Of a DNA stretch of 64,000 nt, positions 19,888-29,578 are shown piece by piece (the first letter of the stretch is position 1; every line of letters starts with the position of its first letter). The stretch comes from an uncultured Gemmatimonadaceae bacterium (GTDB lineage Bacteria > Gemmatimonadota > Gemmatimonadetes > Gemmatimonadales > Gemmatimonadaceae). The translations under genes were made by a program, and so were the position numbers. The stretch spans positions 1,408,001 through 1,472,000 of the forward strand of contig CAWFQK010000004.1 in assembly GCA_963817955.1 (NCBI GenBank). Reading direction: 5' to 3'. The notes beneath the pieces were generated by a model, which saw only the letters and a program-made list of their open reading frames with translations, did not search any database and was not told the origin of the DNA.

Positions 19888-20057
19888 AAGATAATTGCCG
19901 TTACATGGAGATTGGCTGCACGGCCACGAGGAGGCAAGCCCTTGTGTATGGGGAATTCCTGAGCACGGCGTTACAGCGCCATTATTCGTCGATTTTCTCG
20001 GATTCTTGGACCTACTGTTTGCTGTCGCCAATAACCGTTGGTGGCCCATCACAGCCT

Positions 20058-20534
20058 AACAGACTGTTGAACGACGAGTGAATCGCCAGTCATCCTGAGC
20101 GAAGCGAAGGATCTCTGTCAACGATAGACCAGCCTTTGAACGCAGAGGTCGCAGAGAACTGCAGGAGAACGCAGAGAACTGCAAGAGGACCGTGAAGGAT
20201 TGTCTCGCCTGGAACTCCTGGCTGATGCCGTCGTGATGCTCCGATGGTATCGCCCAGGTCGGGATCATCAACGATATACGCGGAATGATTGTGGACTCGG
20301 CATCCACGGGTCATTCCACTGATACGCGCTTCCTCTTCCATACGATTGCAGTTCTCTGTTGCAGTTCCCTTTTCCAGTTCTCTTGCAGTCCTTTTGCAGT
20401 TCTCTTTTGCAGTTCTCTGCAGTTCTCTTGCAGTTCTCTGCGTCCTCTGCGTTCAAAGCTGTTCCGGCCCTCGAAGTGATGCGCATGCCCTCGAGATTCT
20501 GACTCCTGTCCAGCACCGTTTCAACAGGCTGCTA
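20058..20534. mobile_element. Nested-inverted-repeat element, copy 3
   Basis: TIR TAACAGACTGTTGAA / TTCAACAGGCTGCTA; core at 20190-20344; both outer arms match copy 2 in reverse. Confidence 0.8.
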
Positions 20535-21944
20535 CCGCAACAACGTATTTCGGAGCATTACCAGCGCGACGCCGAAGTAGATCGTCAGTCCGGTCACATC
20601 GACGAGTGTCGCGACGAACGGAGCGGATGCGCTGGCAGGATCGAAGCCCATGCGTTTCAGCAGGAACGGGAGCATCGATCCGGCAAGCGATCCAAAGCCG
20701 ACGATGCCGACGAGCGCCAGCCCGACGGTGATCGCGACAAGTAGATGTGCCGGCCCGTAGTCGAACAAGTGCAGATGCTGCCACAGCTCGATGCGTACGA
20801 AACCGATCACGCCGAGAATGGCACCAAGGGTGAGGCCAGTGGGCAGCTCGCGCAGCGCGATGCGCCACCAGTCGCCCAACTTGAGCTCGCGCAACGCGAG
20901 CGCGCGAATGATGAGCGACGTCGCCTGGGATCCCGAGTTGCCGCCAGAGCTCATGACGAGCGGAATGAACATGGACAGCACGACGGCCTTCGAGATCTCG
21001 CCCTCGAAGTGCTGCATTGCCGTCGCGGTGAGCATCTCCGACACGAACAGCGCGCAGAGCCAGCCGGCGCGTTTGCGGATCATCGGCAGGAAACCGATGT
21101 CGCTGTACGGTTCGTCGAGAGCCTCCAAACCGCCGAACTTCTGGACGTCTTCCGTCTGTTCGTGCACGATGGCGTCGATCACGTCATCCACCGTCACGAT
21201 GCCGAGGACGTGATTGTCACCGTCCACCACCGGTAACGCGAGCACGTTGTACTTGGAGATCATGCGCGCCACTTCTTCGCGATCCATGGTCGTGGGGACG
21301 GCGAGCGGCTTGCGCTGGCTACCGACATCGCTGACTCGCGTGCCGCGGTCCGCAACCATCAGATCGCGGAGGGACACGACGTGGACCAGCCGACGAGTCT
21401 CCGGATCGAGGCAATAGATGGTATAGATCGTCTCCTTGGTTCGGCCTACCTCGCTGACGTGCACCAGGGTTTGATCGACCGTCCACGTCGCCGGAACCGA
21501 GACGAATTCAGTCGTCATGATGCCACCGGCGGTGTCCGGCGCATAAGCCAGGAGCAACGACAGCGTCTGCCGAGTGGGGGGGGCGAGCAGTGCCAGCAGT
21601 CGGACGCGATTCTTCGCGGGCAATTCGCGGAACAGGTCGGCCTGCTGGTCGGACGACATGGCGTCGATCAGCCGGCCGGCGACCTCCGTAGGCATGTGCG
21701 TCACGATATCGCACCGCTGCGGGGCTATCTCCGGTTCGTCGAGCACCTGCACGCCGAGGTCGAACGGCAGCACGGCGACGACCTCGGCGGCGGCAGCCGG
21801 GGCGAGCTGGCGAATGAGGTCGGCGAGATCGGCGGGACGGACACCAGAGATCGCCGCCGCCAATTCCGCTGGGTCGCCATGCAGCAGGTACAGCAGCTCC
21901 GGAGTGAGTTTGTCCGTGGAACGGTCAAGCGTGATCGGGGCCAT
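20532..21944 (-). CDS. mgtE: Magnesium transporter MgtE
   Basis: N domain, CBS pair (TAGGIMT, GIVTVDDVID), SSGGNSGSQ and DPASASAPFVATLVD. Confidence 0.95.
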   Translation of the reverse strand: MAPITLDRSTDKLTPELLYLLHGDPAELAAAISGVRPADLADLIRQLAPAAAAEVVAVLPFDLGVQVLDEPEIAPQRCDIVTHMPTEVAGRLIDAMSSDQQADLFRELPAKNRVRLLALLAPPTRQTLSLLLAYAPDTAGGIMTTEFVSVPATWTVDQTLVHVSEVGRTKETIYTIYCLDPETRRLVHVVSLRDLMVADRGTRVSDVGSQRKPLAVPTTMDREEVARMISKYNVLALPVVDGDNHVLGIVTVDDVIDAIVHEQTEDVQKFGGLEALDEPYSDIGFLPMIRKRAGWLCALFVSEMLTATAMQHFEGEISKAVVLSMFIPLVMSSGGNSGSQATSLIIRALALRELKLGDWWRIALRELPTGLTLGAILGVIGFVRIELWQHLHLFDYGPAHLLVAITVGLALVGIVGFGSLAGSMLPFLLKRMGFDPASASAPFVATLVDVTGLTIYFGVALVMLRNTLLR

Positions 21945-22065
21945 AGCGCACCAGGTTATGAGACAAGAACAGCCGACTGCTCGGTGATGTATGCGTTTGC
22001 TTGACCGCTCGCGCCCTGTTCGCTACGGTGATCGCATACGCATCATCACCTGATCGGCCACTTCC

Positions 22066-23009
22066 GTGCTGCTCGACGAAACCATTCGCGTGGCGCTCGC
22101 TTCGTTGCGGGCGAATACGTTGCGATCGCGCCTCACGATGCTCGGCATCGTGATTGGCGTGGCCGCGGTCATCGCGATGGTGGCGCTCGGCAATGGCGCC
22201 GAAGCGGCCGTCAAGGACCGGATCGCAAAGCTCGGCACGACGGTGTTGCAGATCAACGCGCAACGCATCCAACAGGGCGGCATCGGCACCACGTCGACGG
22301 CCAAGCTGACGATGGCGGATGTGCAATTGATTCTCGAACGCGCGCCGAATGTGCTCGGCGTGAACCCGCAGCAGGATCGTTCGCTCCAAGTGGTCTGGCG
22401 CAACCGGAACACCAACGTTCAGGTGACCGGCACCATGCCGAACTTCCTCGCTGTGCGCGGCTTCCGTGTCGCCACTGGCGAGATGTTCACCACGGCGGAC
22501 GACATTGGCCGACGGCGCGTGGCGGTGGTCGGTGCTGACGTGCTGCCGCTGTTGAACGCGGAGAGTCCGGAATCGCTGATCGGTGAGCAGCTGAGAATCG
22601 CGAACCGGCAATTTACCGTCATCGGCGTGCTGGCGCGCAAGGGCACGACGGGTTTCGGCGATGCCGACGAGCAAATACTCATTCCGTTCAACACCGGCCG
22701 CTTTCAAGTATTTGGAACGGACCGGGTGAACGACATCTGGACCTTGGTCTCTTCGGAAGACTCGATTCCACCAGCGATCGGTGAGATCTCGCTGGCGCTC
22801 CGGCGATCGCACCGGCTGCGCCAGGACCAGCCGAACGACTTCTCGATTCGCAATCAGGCGGACATGCTGAACGTGCTGAGCGAAACGACGGCAACCTTCA
22901 CCGCGCTGCTGGCCGGCATCGCCGCGGTCTCGCTGCTCGTGGGCGGCATCGGCATCCGGCACGGCGCGCGGCCCGGCTCGATCCCATCACGGCGCTCCGG
23001 CACGAATAG
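22066..23009 (+). pseudogene. MacB/FtsX-type ABC permease with an internal deletion
   Basis: LTMLGIVIGVAAVI..SLLVGGIGI is joined directly, out of frame, to the terminal PARRAARLDPITALRHE* (TAG 23007-23009). Confidence 0.8.
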
Positions 23010-23013
23010 GCAA

Positions 23014-23577
23014 TCAACCGGGTGGACGTCCAAATCCCCCACCCGATCGGCCGCGGGATGCATTCTGCTTCTCCTCATCGATGGCCTGCTGCGCTTTGGA
23101 CTCGAGGTCCTGCGCACGGGTCAACTGGGTCACCGATAGCAGGGCGAACGCCTTGTCGCGCGCGGTGCCGACGTTCTCGCGCACATCGGCCATCGTCATG
23201 TCCGCCAGCGATCGTGCGCTGGCGAGGGAGTCGCGCCGGGCCGCGCTCGGTGCGCTGAAGATCGGCTCGGCCTTGAACAGGCGCTGTAGCGAATCAAGCC
23301 GGCGGAGCGACAGCGCATTGGTCGAATCGAGCACGCGTTTGATGGCGATGACGCGTGTGAACTGCGAGTCCGTCAGGGCGAGATCCTGCCGGTGCTCGAT
23401 CATGAGATTCACCGCATTGACGTATTTCGGGACCGTGAGTCCCGGCTCACGAGCGATGGTGCCGAGCTTCCCGCGCCCCATCCCACCCATCATACCACGT
23501 TGCGCGTACGCCGGCAGCGCGAATGCGGCAAGCACCAGGCCCAGGGCCCCCGATCGGATCATCATACGTATACGCAT
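23014..23577 (-). CDS. Secreted helical protein (Spy/CpxP-like)
   Basis: Signal peptide ending AYA; DLALTDSQ and LLSVTQ (LTxxQ-like) motifs. Confidence 0.6.
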   Translation of the reverse strand: MRIRMMIRSGALGLVLAAFALPAYAQRGMMGGMGRGKLGTIAREPGLTVPKYVNAVNLMIEHRQDLALTDSQFTRVIAIKRVLDSTNALSLRRLDSLQRLFKAEPIFSAPSAARRDSLASARSLADMTMADVRENVGTARDKAFALLSVTQLTRAQDLESKAQQAIDEEKQNASRGRSGGGFGRPPG

Positions 23578-23597
23578 ATAAGCAGACTCTCGTAAAC

Positions 23598-23632
23598 AAT
23601 GCGCCCGTGCCGGTGACGGCACGGGCGCCATT
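23598..23632. terminator. Intergenic hairpin
   Basis: GCGCCCGTGCC-GGTGAC-GGCACGGGCGC. Confidence 0.55.
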
Positions 23633-23642
23633 CCTCCGTCAA

Positions 23643-24152
23643 TCACTTGCTGGTAATGAGAATCGCGCCGCCGGCGTTGTTCGTTCCGAACTTCACAGCC
23701 GCGTCGGTGCCGTTCAGGTAACGCACTTCGCGAACGGTCGACACCTGGATCTGGCGCAGGTCGTCGACACCACTCAGCCGTACGTTGTCCTTGTACACCA
23801 TCACCGCGGGGGGATCCTGCAGCTGTGCCGACGCCGACGTGCCGCTGGCCGGCACGCCGCCACCGCCACCAGGCGGATTCTCAGCCATGAACCCGAGTCG
23901 ATCCGAGCGCCCGCGCAGAAATTCCGGCCGGAGCCGTTTGATGGCGTCGTACAGGTTACCGTCCTGGTTTCGGGCTAGATCGCTTTCCGTGATGAAATAG
24001 CGGGAGGAGGGCGCGGCGGTGGACCCGGCGGATCCGGCGGATGATGAGGCCGGTCCAGCCGCACACGATATGGCTGGAATGACGGCTGCGGCTAGGGACA
24101 GAAACCCGAGCACCGACAGAACACGCGTCGGACGTTGCGTTAGATGGGACAT
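23643..24152 (-). CDS. Putative lipoprotein resembling a stand-alone TonB-receptor plug domain
   Basis: Lipobox-like AISC; NLYDAIKRLRP; EVRYL..AAVKFG..GGAILITSK. Confidence 0.6.
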   Translation of the reverse strand: MSHLTQRPTRVLSVLGFLSLAAAVIPAISCAAGPASSSAGSAGSTAAPSSRYFITESDLARNQDGNLYDAIKRLRPEFLRGRSDRLGFMAENPPGGGGGVPASGTSASAQLQDPPAVMVYKDNVRLSGVDDLRQIQVSTVREVRYLNGTDAAVKFGTNNAGGAILITSK

Positions 24153-24200
24153 CTAAAGCTCCCAAGAAAAAGGGGTGAGACTGATAAGCTGGTCGCCAGG

Positions 24201-24932
24201 TCAGCGAGACGCCAGATGGAACTCGAACGATTGCTCGGTTCGTACTCGTACGCGTTTCCCGGAGAAATGTGCCGGCGAGAATCGCAAGCGGTCGAGCGCG
24301 CGCTCAACGGCCGCGGCAAACAGCGGGTGCGACGCGTGGACGATGCGCACGGTAGCCAATTCGGCTCGTCCCAGCGTATCGATCACGAAACGCACGATCA
24401 CGATACCGTCGAGCGCGCTGAATCGAAGGGAATCGGGATAGCTGGGGCCCATCTGTCCCGGAAGCATGTACGGCGGCTGGTCGGCAGCCTCTAAATCGAT
24501 TGGGTCGCCAAGATGCAGTCCGCCATCGGCAATCGTTGCTGGGGCGATGCCCGCCGACAGGCCGCCGAGCACGCCGCGCCCGCTGTAGTCTTCGGGTCTC
24601 GTCACCGGCGCGACGAGGTTGATGCGCGGGAGTTCGGCAGGCAGCTCGACCGGCGCCTGCAGCACTTGAAAGCCTTTCGGTGTCGGTGCGGCACGCCTCG
24701 CCGCCGCAGGCACGGGTTGGGCAGATGCTGGCGGCACATACACCGCCAGCTCCACGAAACGGAGCGCCTCGTCATCGTGGTCCCTTGCCGCACGGCGGGG
24801 ATCGAGCGTCGTCCACACGGCCAAGCCGATCAATATGCCGTGTGCAACGACGCTCATGAGGAGTGGGCGCCCGGACCGTGAGGACCGCGGCGCCGATTCG
24901 ATGAGGTGCCGGCCGATGACTTGAGAGTCCAT
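24201..24932 (-). CDS. Energy transducer TonB-family protein
   Basis: N-terminal TM with SVVAH; C-terminal YP..G.V.VRFVIDTLG..RFSPA. Confidence 0.85.
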   Translation of the reverse strand: MDSQVIGRHLIESAPRSSRSGRPLLMSVVAHGILIGLAVWTTLDPRRAARDHDDEALRFVELAVYVPPASAQPVPAAARRAAPTPKGFQVLQAPVELPAELPRINLVAPVTRPEDYSGRGVLGGLSAGIAPATIADGGLHLGDPIDLEAADQPPYMLPGQMGPSYPDSLRFSALDGIVIVRFVIDTLGRAELATVRIVHASHPLFAAAVERALDRLRFSPAHFSGKRVRVRTEQSFEFHLASR

Positions 24933-25005
24933 GCCCTGGAGAAGCTAACGTGGCGGCCGGATCTGGTCATCTGCGGTAGGGCTCGTCGCCGCCAAGCAAA
25001 CTCTC

Positions 25006-25281
25006 CTACGGCTTTCGGCCGCGCTTCTTTCCCTTACCGCGCCCGTTCCGGCCAGTGACCCGTCCTACGTCGTCGCGGTTCTCTTCGATCAGCTCGCCGA
25101 TGTGCTGTGCGTTCAGGCCCGCCTGCGGTCCGGTATCGGCGATTGCGCCACCCAAGCGTACGTCGTCGCGCACGAAATCGATGCCTCGGGGGTCTTCCAT
25201 CAGGTCGTCCACGTCCACCTTCTTGACCTGAAAATGCCCGTCGAGGTCGCGCCCGTTGTGGGTCTTGCGATGATCTGCCAT
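25006..25281 (-). CDS. Hypothetical protein (91 aa)
   Basis: ORF with GGAG-like RBS and plausible composition; no motif recognised. Confidence 0.55.
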   Translation of the reverse strand: MADHRKTHNGRDLDGHFQVKKVDVDDLMEDPRGIDFVRDDVRLGGAIADTGPQAGLNAQHIGELIEENRDDVGRVTGRNGRGKGKKRGRKP

Positions 25282-25371
25282 CTGCTCAGCTCCACTCAGG
25301 AGGAAGATTACGTCGCGCTCGCGCGACGCAGGCTAATCATGTCGCAAGGCGTGGGCCTATGAGTGCCTCGC

Positions 25372-25640
25372 TTACCGTGACCAGAGCAGCAGCACGCCGC
25401 ACTCACTTGCCCGAAACTGCGGCGGCCTGGCTGCATTCCCGGGGTAGTACTCGACGCCGCCCAACTGCGCGCCCGCGAAATCGCTCAGGTTTGGCGGCGG
25501 CGTGCGCGAGTCTGTCGTATTCAGATCAAATAACATCAGGCCATCCAAGTAGACGGTTGCGTAGCATCCATCGGGCAGTCCACCGCGGGATTTTTGGCCG
25601 CCGCCCGGAAGGAGCGACGATGTGTCGCGGGGTCGCCATC
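25372..25640 (-). pseudogene. Orphan 3' end of a plug-like domain (CYATVYLDG..VEYY..CGVLLLWSR*)
   Basis: Recognisable C-terminal module out of frame with the upstream ORF and lacking its own start. Confidence 0.5.
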
Positions 25641-27367
25641 CACTCAACGGTTTGCAAGACACTGTCGCGCACGACAATCGTCGTGTCGGCAAAGCCCTCG
25701 CTGGTTACGACGTGAAGGTGAACCGGACGCTCGCGCGCAACACCGCACAGGATGAAACGACCACGATCGTCGAGGTCCACGGCTTGTTGAGCACCATTCA
25801 CGACGGCCGTCGGCGCGTTGCCGCTGCCGTTCAGCTCGACCATCGACCCGTTGTTGTACGTCGCCTGCCAATCAGTGTGGAGTGCGGCATGCCGCAGCAG
25901 TTCGCGGTCGGCAAAGACGACGCGGCCAGCGACCGCCGTCGTGCGCGACAGACTCGCCTGTCCCTTGCACAGTCGACCTGTCAGTTCGCGCTGCGGAATA
26001 AGCGACGGCGTATACGCGGACATGCCACCACGCCGGACGTCGATCTCACGCTGTTCCACGCGCTCAGCCAGGAATAGCGCGAGGGACGTATCTGCCACGG
26101 CGATCGCGTAGCGTCCTGGAATGAGCGGCGTCATGCTGAACGCCCCGGTCACATCCGTCGTAACGGAATCGGCAGTGCCGCGCAGCGTGACGATGGCATT
26201 CGCGATGGGCGCACCGCTGCCGCGTTGTGTCGCCACGCCGGCGATTCCCGTTGCCGGCTCGTGCCAACTCGTGCCGTCGCTCCATTTCGCCTCGAGCAGC
26301 ACGCCGCCGTTTTCGTGGATGCGGTCAACGCGCAGGTCGAGTCGATCCTGCCGGCGATTGGTCCCCGGCACCGACTGACGCCGGGAGGAGCTGGCGGGTA
26401 TTGGCGACATCACGGGCAACCGAAGCGCCCAGCGTTCAATGAACGATACGCCGTTCTCTACGGTGTGGAACTCGAGATGTCCTCCGGCGCCGGCGATCAT
26501 TGCCGCCGGTTCGAGTTCAGTGAAGCGGAAATCGAGAGCACGCAGCTCGGGTCTCGCCGCATCCATCCACAGGACGCCGGATACGTTGACCAGCGTGTCA
26601 CGCGCGAGCGGTGCAAACGCGAGTCCGACCTCGCCTACGTGCTCGTCATCGATTCGCAAATGAAAGCAGTGCGTCGCGGCGAACGATTCGTCGAACAGCA
26701 CGTCGGCATCCGGACCATTGAATGTTCGACCTGTCGCATCCTCCTCCATGTAGCCGCGCGCTGCAAACACCGACGGTGCCCGCGCCGCAATGAAGGGACG
26801 TGTTGTCCGGCCGGAGCGCGGAGTCATCGTTTGGTTGAGCACCAAGCCAGTCGCCGGCGCGGTGCTACGCTCGTACAACAACGTCGTAGCGATCGCCGGA
26901 TTCGCATCGCGCGCGACGATCGCGGCCAGCAATCCGGCACGCGCCTGTTCCCATAGCAGGAATGCGCCAGTGCGATCCGTTGAGCCGGGGCACAGCTCCT
27001 GATCGGACACGCGCACGGCATCCAGCATTGGCGGGATCGCCAACAACGAGAGCACGACGGATGCGTCGCCCGGCCCGGCGGGAAACGTGACGTCATGCGG
27101 CTGGTACCCGATGCGAATCACACGCAGGCGTGCGGCGCGCGGTGGCCGGCCGAGTGTGAACCGACCGGCACCGTCGGCAATTGTCCGCTGGAGCGTCTGC
27201 CCGGCCGAATCGACTACCGATACTACGGCGCCCGGCAAAGGGGCGGCCGCTGTACTGTCGCGCACGACTCCGCGCACCTGTTGGGCGCGGAGCACGCCGG
27301 CGCCCAACAACAACGCGAGCACGGGGAGCAATCGCTCAGTGAACCACATATCTATCTGTAATGACAC
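25526..27367 (-). CDS. Secreted carboxypeptidase-regulatory-like domain protein
   Basis: Signal peptide; VRGVVRDS..PLPGAVV..GRFTL..RIGYQP; a second similar domain follows. Confidence 0.75.
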   Translation of the reverse strand: MSLQIDMWFTERLLPVLALLLGAGVLRAQQVRGVVRDSTAAAPLPGAVVSVVDSAGQTLQRTIADGAGRFTLGRPPRAARLRVIRIGYQPHDVTFPAGPGDASVVLSLLAIPPMLDAVRVSDQELCPGSTDRTGAFLLWEQARAGLLAAIVARDANPAIATTLLYERSTAPATGLVLNQTMTPRSGRTTRPFIAARAPSVFAARGYMEEDATGRTFNGPDADVLFDESFAATHCFHLRIDDEHVGEVGLAFAPLARDTLVNVSGVLWMDAARPELRALDFRFTELEPAAMIAGAGGHLEFHTVENGVSFIERWALRLPVMSPIPASSSRRQSVPGTNRRQDRLDLRVDRIHENGGVLLEAKWSDGTSWHEPATGIAGVATQRGSGAPIANAIVTLRGTADSVTTDVTGAFSMTPLIPGRYAIAVADTSLALFLAERVEQREIDVRRGGMSAYTPSLIPQRELTGRLCKGQASLSRTTAVAGRVVFADRELLRHAALHTDWQATYNNGSMVELNGSGNAPTAVVNGAQQAVDLDDRGRFILCGVARERPVHLHVVTSEGFADTTIVVRDSVLQTVEWMATPRHIVAPSGRRPKIPRWTARWMLRNRLLGWPDVI

Positions 27368-27442
27368 GGGACCTCTTCCCGCCCCTGCTCTCGGACCGCA
27401 AATGGATCCCAGTGAGTACCTGCGCCGTTCATGACGTGTTCA

Positions 27443-27488
27443 CAAACGAAAACCCCCGCCGAGGATGCTCGGCGGGGGTTTTCGTTTG
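27443..27488. terminator. Intrinsic terminator downstream of the porin gene
   Basis: CAAACGAAAACCCCCGCCGAG..CTCGGCGGGGGTTTTCGTTTG. Confidence 0.85.
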
Positions 27489-27502
27489 GACTGCGAGGTC
27501 GA

Positions 27503-28891
27503 CTAGAAGCCGATCGCACCCGAGACCATGAAGCCACTGAACTTGCCGCCACTGCGGATGTCGGTGAGCGGGAAATTGTCATACGTCTGATTGACCCACT
27601 CGGCCTTGGCGAGGACGTTCGGCGTCACGAACCAGCCGCCGCCAATCTGATACCGGCTCGTGCTCTCGTCCGCTGAACTCTTCGAGATCAGTTGGCCCTT
27701 GAGCGTGTTGTAGCGGCCACCGACGTAGAACTTGTCGCGCGCGAAGCGGTACAGACCCTCGTATACGTTCTGGTGCAAGGTGCGGAGCTTCGGTTCGGTG
27801 AAGGCGCCGCCAGTCGCGGTCTCGAAGTTCCCGAAGAACTCTGCGCCGCCGATCTTGACGAACGGATTGATGACTTCGGCGTTCACCTTGTTCGAGAAGC
27901 CCGGATGAATCTCGCCCGACCAGGCGTTCGCCGTTTCGGTGGAGGCGGTGTTCTCGAGGACGTCGTAGTATGGCGAGCCGCCACGGTCGCCGCTGAACAG
28001 CGTGTTGCTGGCGGCCTTGTTATTCGCATAGAACGATCCGGTCAGACGGACGCGGACATTATCGGCAACTTTGGAATCGAACCCGAACTTGCCGAGCGTC
28101 GACAGCGTGCGCGCAGCCGGCGCGGTCACCTGACCATGCACTTCGCCACCCGTCGCTCCGAGCATCGCGAGCCACGGGCCCTTGCGGAAATACGCCTCGG
28201 AACCGATTTCGGTCGTGAAGTCATCCAGGATGTAATTGCCGACGAACGGGTTGAACATGGAGTTGCCGTTGTCGCTGCGACGGAAGTGCGAGTCGCCGTA
28301 GTTGATCTCGAAGTGGCCAACGCGAAGCGTGGTGTACTTGAAGAGGGTGTTCAGAAGTTCGTTGTCGATCGGCGACGCATCAACGAGCAGGTAGCCGTCC
28401 TTGACCCACGTTTCCTGATGGTGGCGCGCCGAGAGGTACGACGTCATGGCAACGCGAATCCCTGGGGCGATCTGCGCGTTGATGTACAGGTTTGCGACCG
28501 CGTTGTTGAAGCCGTGTCCGATCGTAATGAGCTGATTCTGATTGACGCCACTCACGAGCACCGGACTGGCCGCGTTCTGGTGCGCCAAGCCCTGAAATTC
28601 CTGCGTGAAGGCGCCGCCGAACGACAGGTTGAAACCCGTAAACGGCACCGTGCTCTCTTTCAGCGGTTCGAACATGTTGAGACCACGCTCGTCGTTCGGA
28701 CGGATGTGATCAATATCGATCGCGCGGAACAAGCTGACCTTCTGCGCATCTTCCTTGGCGTTCGCGCTGTCTGTGCGCGTAGCTGCTGCGGTCGACTTGC
28801 CGGTGCTGTTGACAGGCTGCTGCGCGGTCAATACGCCTGCAGCGGATGTCGCCACAAGGGCGGCGAATCCGAGTCTCGTTAGATGTAACAT
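27503..28891 (-). CDS. Outer-membrane beta-barrel (porin-like) protein
   Basis: Signal peptide, amphipathic beta strands and C-terminal Phe (SGAIGF). Confidence 0.75.
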   Translation of the reverse strand: MLHLTRLGFAALVATSAAGVLTAQQPVNSTGKSTAAATRTDSANAKEDAQKVSLFRAIDIDHIRPNDERGLNMFEPLKESTVPFTGFNLSFGGAFTQEFQGLAHQNAASPVLVSGVNQNQLITIGHGFNNAVANLYINAQIAPGIRVAMTSYLSARHHQETWVKDGYLLVDASPIDNELLNTLFKYTTLRVGHFEINYGDSHFRRSDNGNSMFNPFVGNYILDDFTTEIGSEAYFRKGPWLAMLGATGGEVHGQVTAPAARTLSTLGKFGFDSKVADNVRVRLTGSFYANNKAASNTLFSGDRGGSPYYDVLENTASTETANAWSGEIHPGFSNKVNAEVINPFVKIGGAEFFGNFETATGGAFTEPKLRTLHQNVYEGLYRFARDKFYVGGRYNTLKGQLISKSSADESTSRYQIGGGWFVTPNVLAKAEWVNQTYDNFPLTDIRSGGKFSGFMVSGAIGF

Positions 28892-29280
28892 GGGGGAGGA
28901 CCTCTGGTCGGGGGGATCGTACGGTTCGAGCGTGAACTGGTCTGAACCAGTCTTTGGACAACGCTCGAACTGGCGATGAAGCTATTCCCGATCAAACCAC
29001 CATTCCGTCCGGTAAGGTGCCCGCTCCTAGTGCGGAGTTGCTTGTTATTTGGTGAGGAGAGTCCCTACGCTCCGGGAGTCCAGAACGGATGATTGCCTTA
29101 CTGCACAATGACGTGACCTTTCATGCCAAGCGCTGCGTGCGGGACGACCAGTCGAGTCCAAGCAGTGCTGGGTCGTCAGTGTGAATGTGACTTGCACCCT
29201 AGAGGTGATTCACCATTCGGATGATCCCAGCTCTTGACCCCATCACGCAGATGATCCCAGCTCTCAGCTGCGCGACTCCA

Positions 29281-29510
29281 AGCGTCACGACGGCATCATC
29301 CAACACATCCAGGCGAGACAATCCTTCACGGTCCTCTGCAGTTCTCTTGCAGTTCTCTGCAGTTCTCTGCGTTCAAAAAGTTGTTCTACCGGCCACCGAG
29401 ATCCTTCGCTGCGCTCAGGATGACAGGGAGCGAAAGAGATCCTTCGCTTCGCTCAGGATGACAGCATCGCTCAGGATGACAGGCTTCCCGTGTCCCGTGT
29501 CCCGTGTCTT
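29281..29510. mobile_element. Half copy (copy 4) of the nested element plus heptamer repeats
   Basis: Partial core CCAGGCGAGACAATCCTTCACGG, TTGCAGTTCTC repeats, 3x CTCAGGATGAC, then (CCCGTGT)n. Confidence 0.75.
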
Positions 29511-29578
29511 CCAGCCGGTCAACGACCCGGAGTCCATTCCACGTTGCACCACCCGGCGATATACCTGAAGGTCAATAC

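Noticed and set aside
17899..20052. FDH as a nonsense pseudogene or two genes
   Set aside because: The TGA is at the catalytic Sec position, in frame, with a SECIS.
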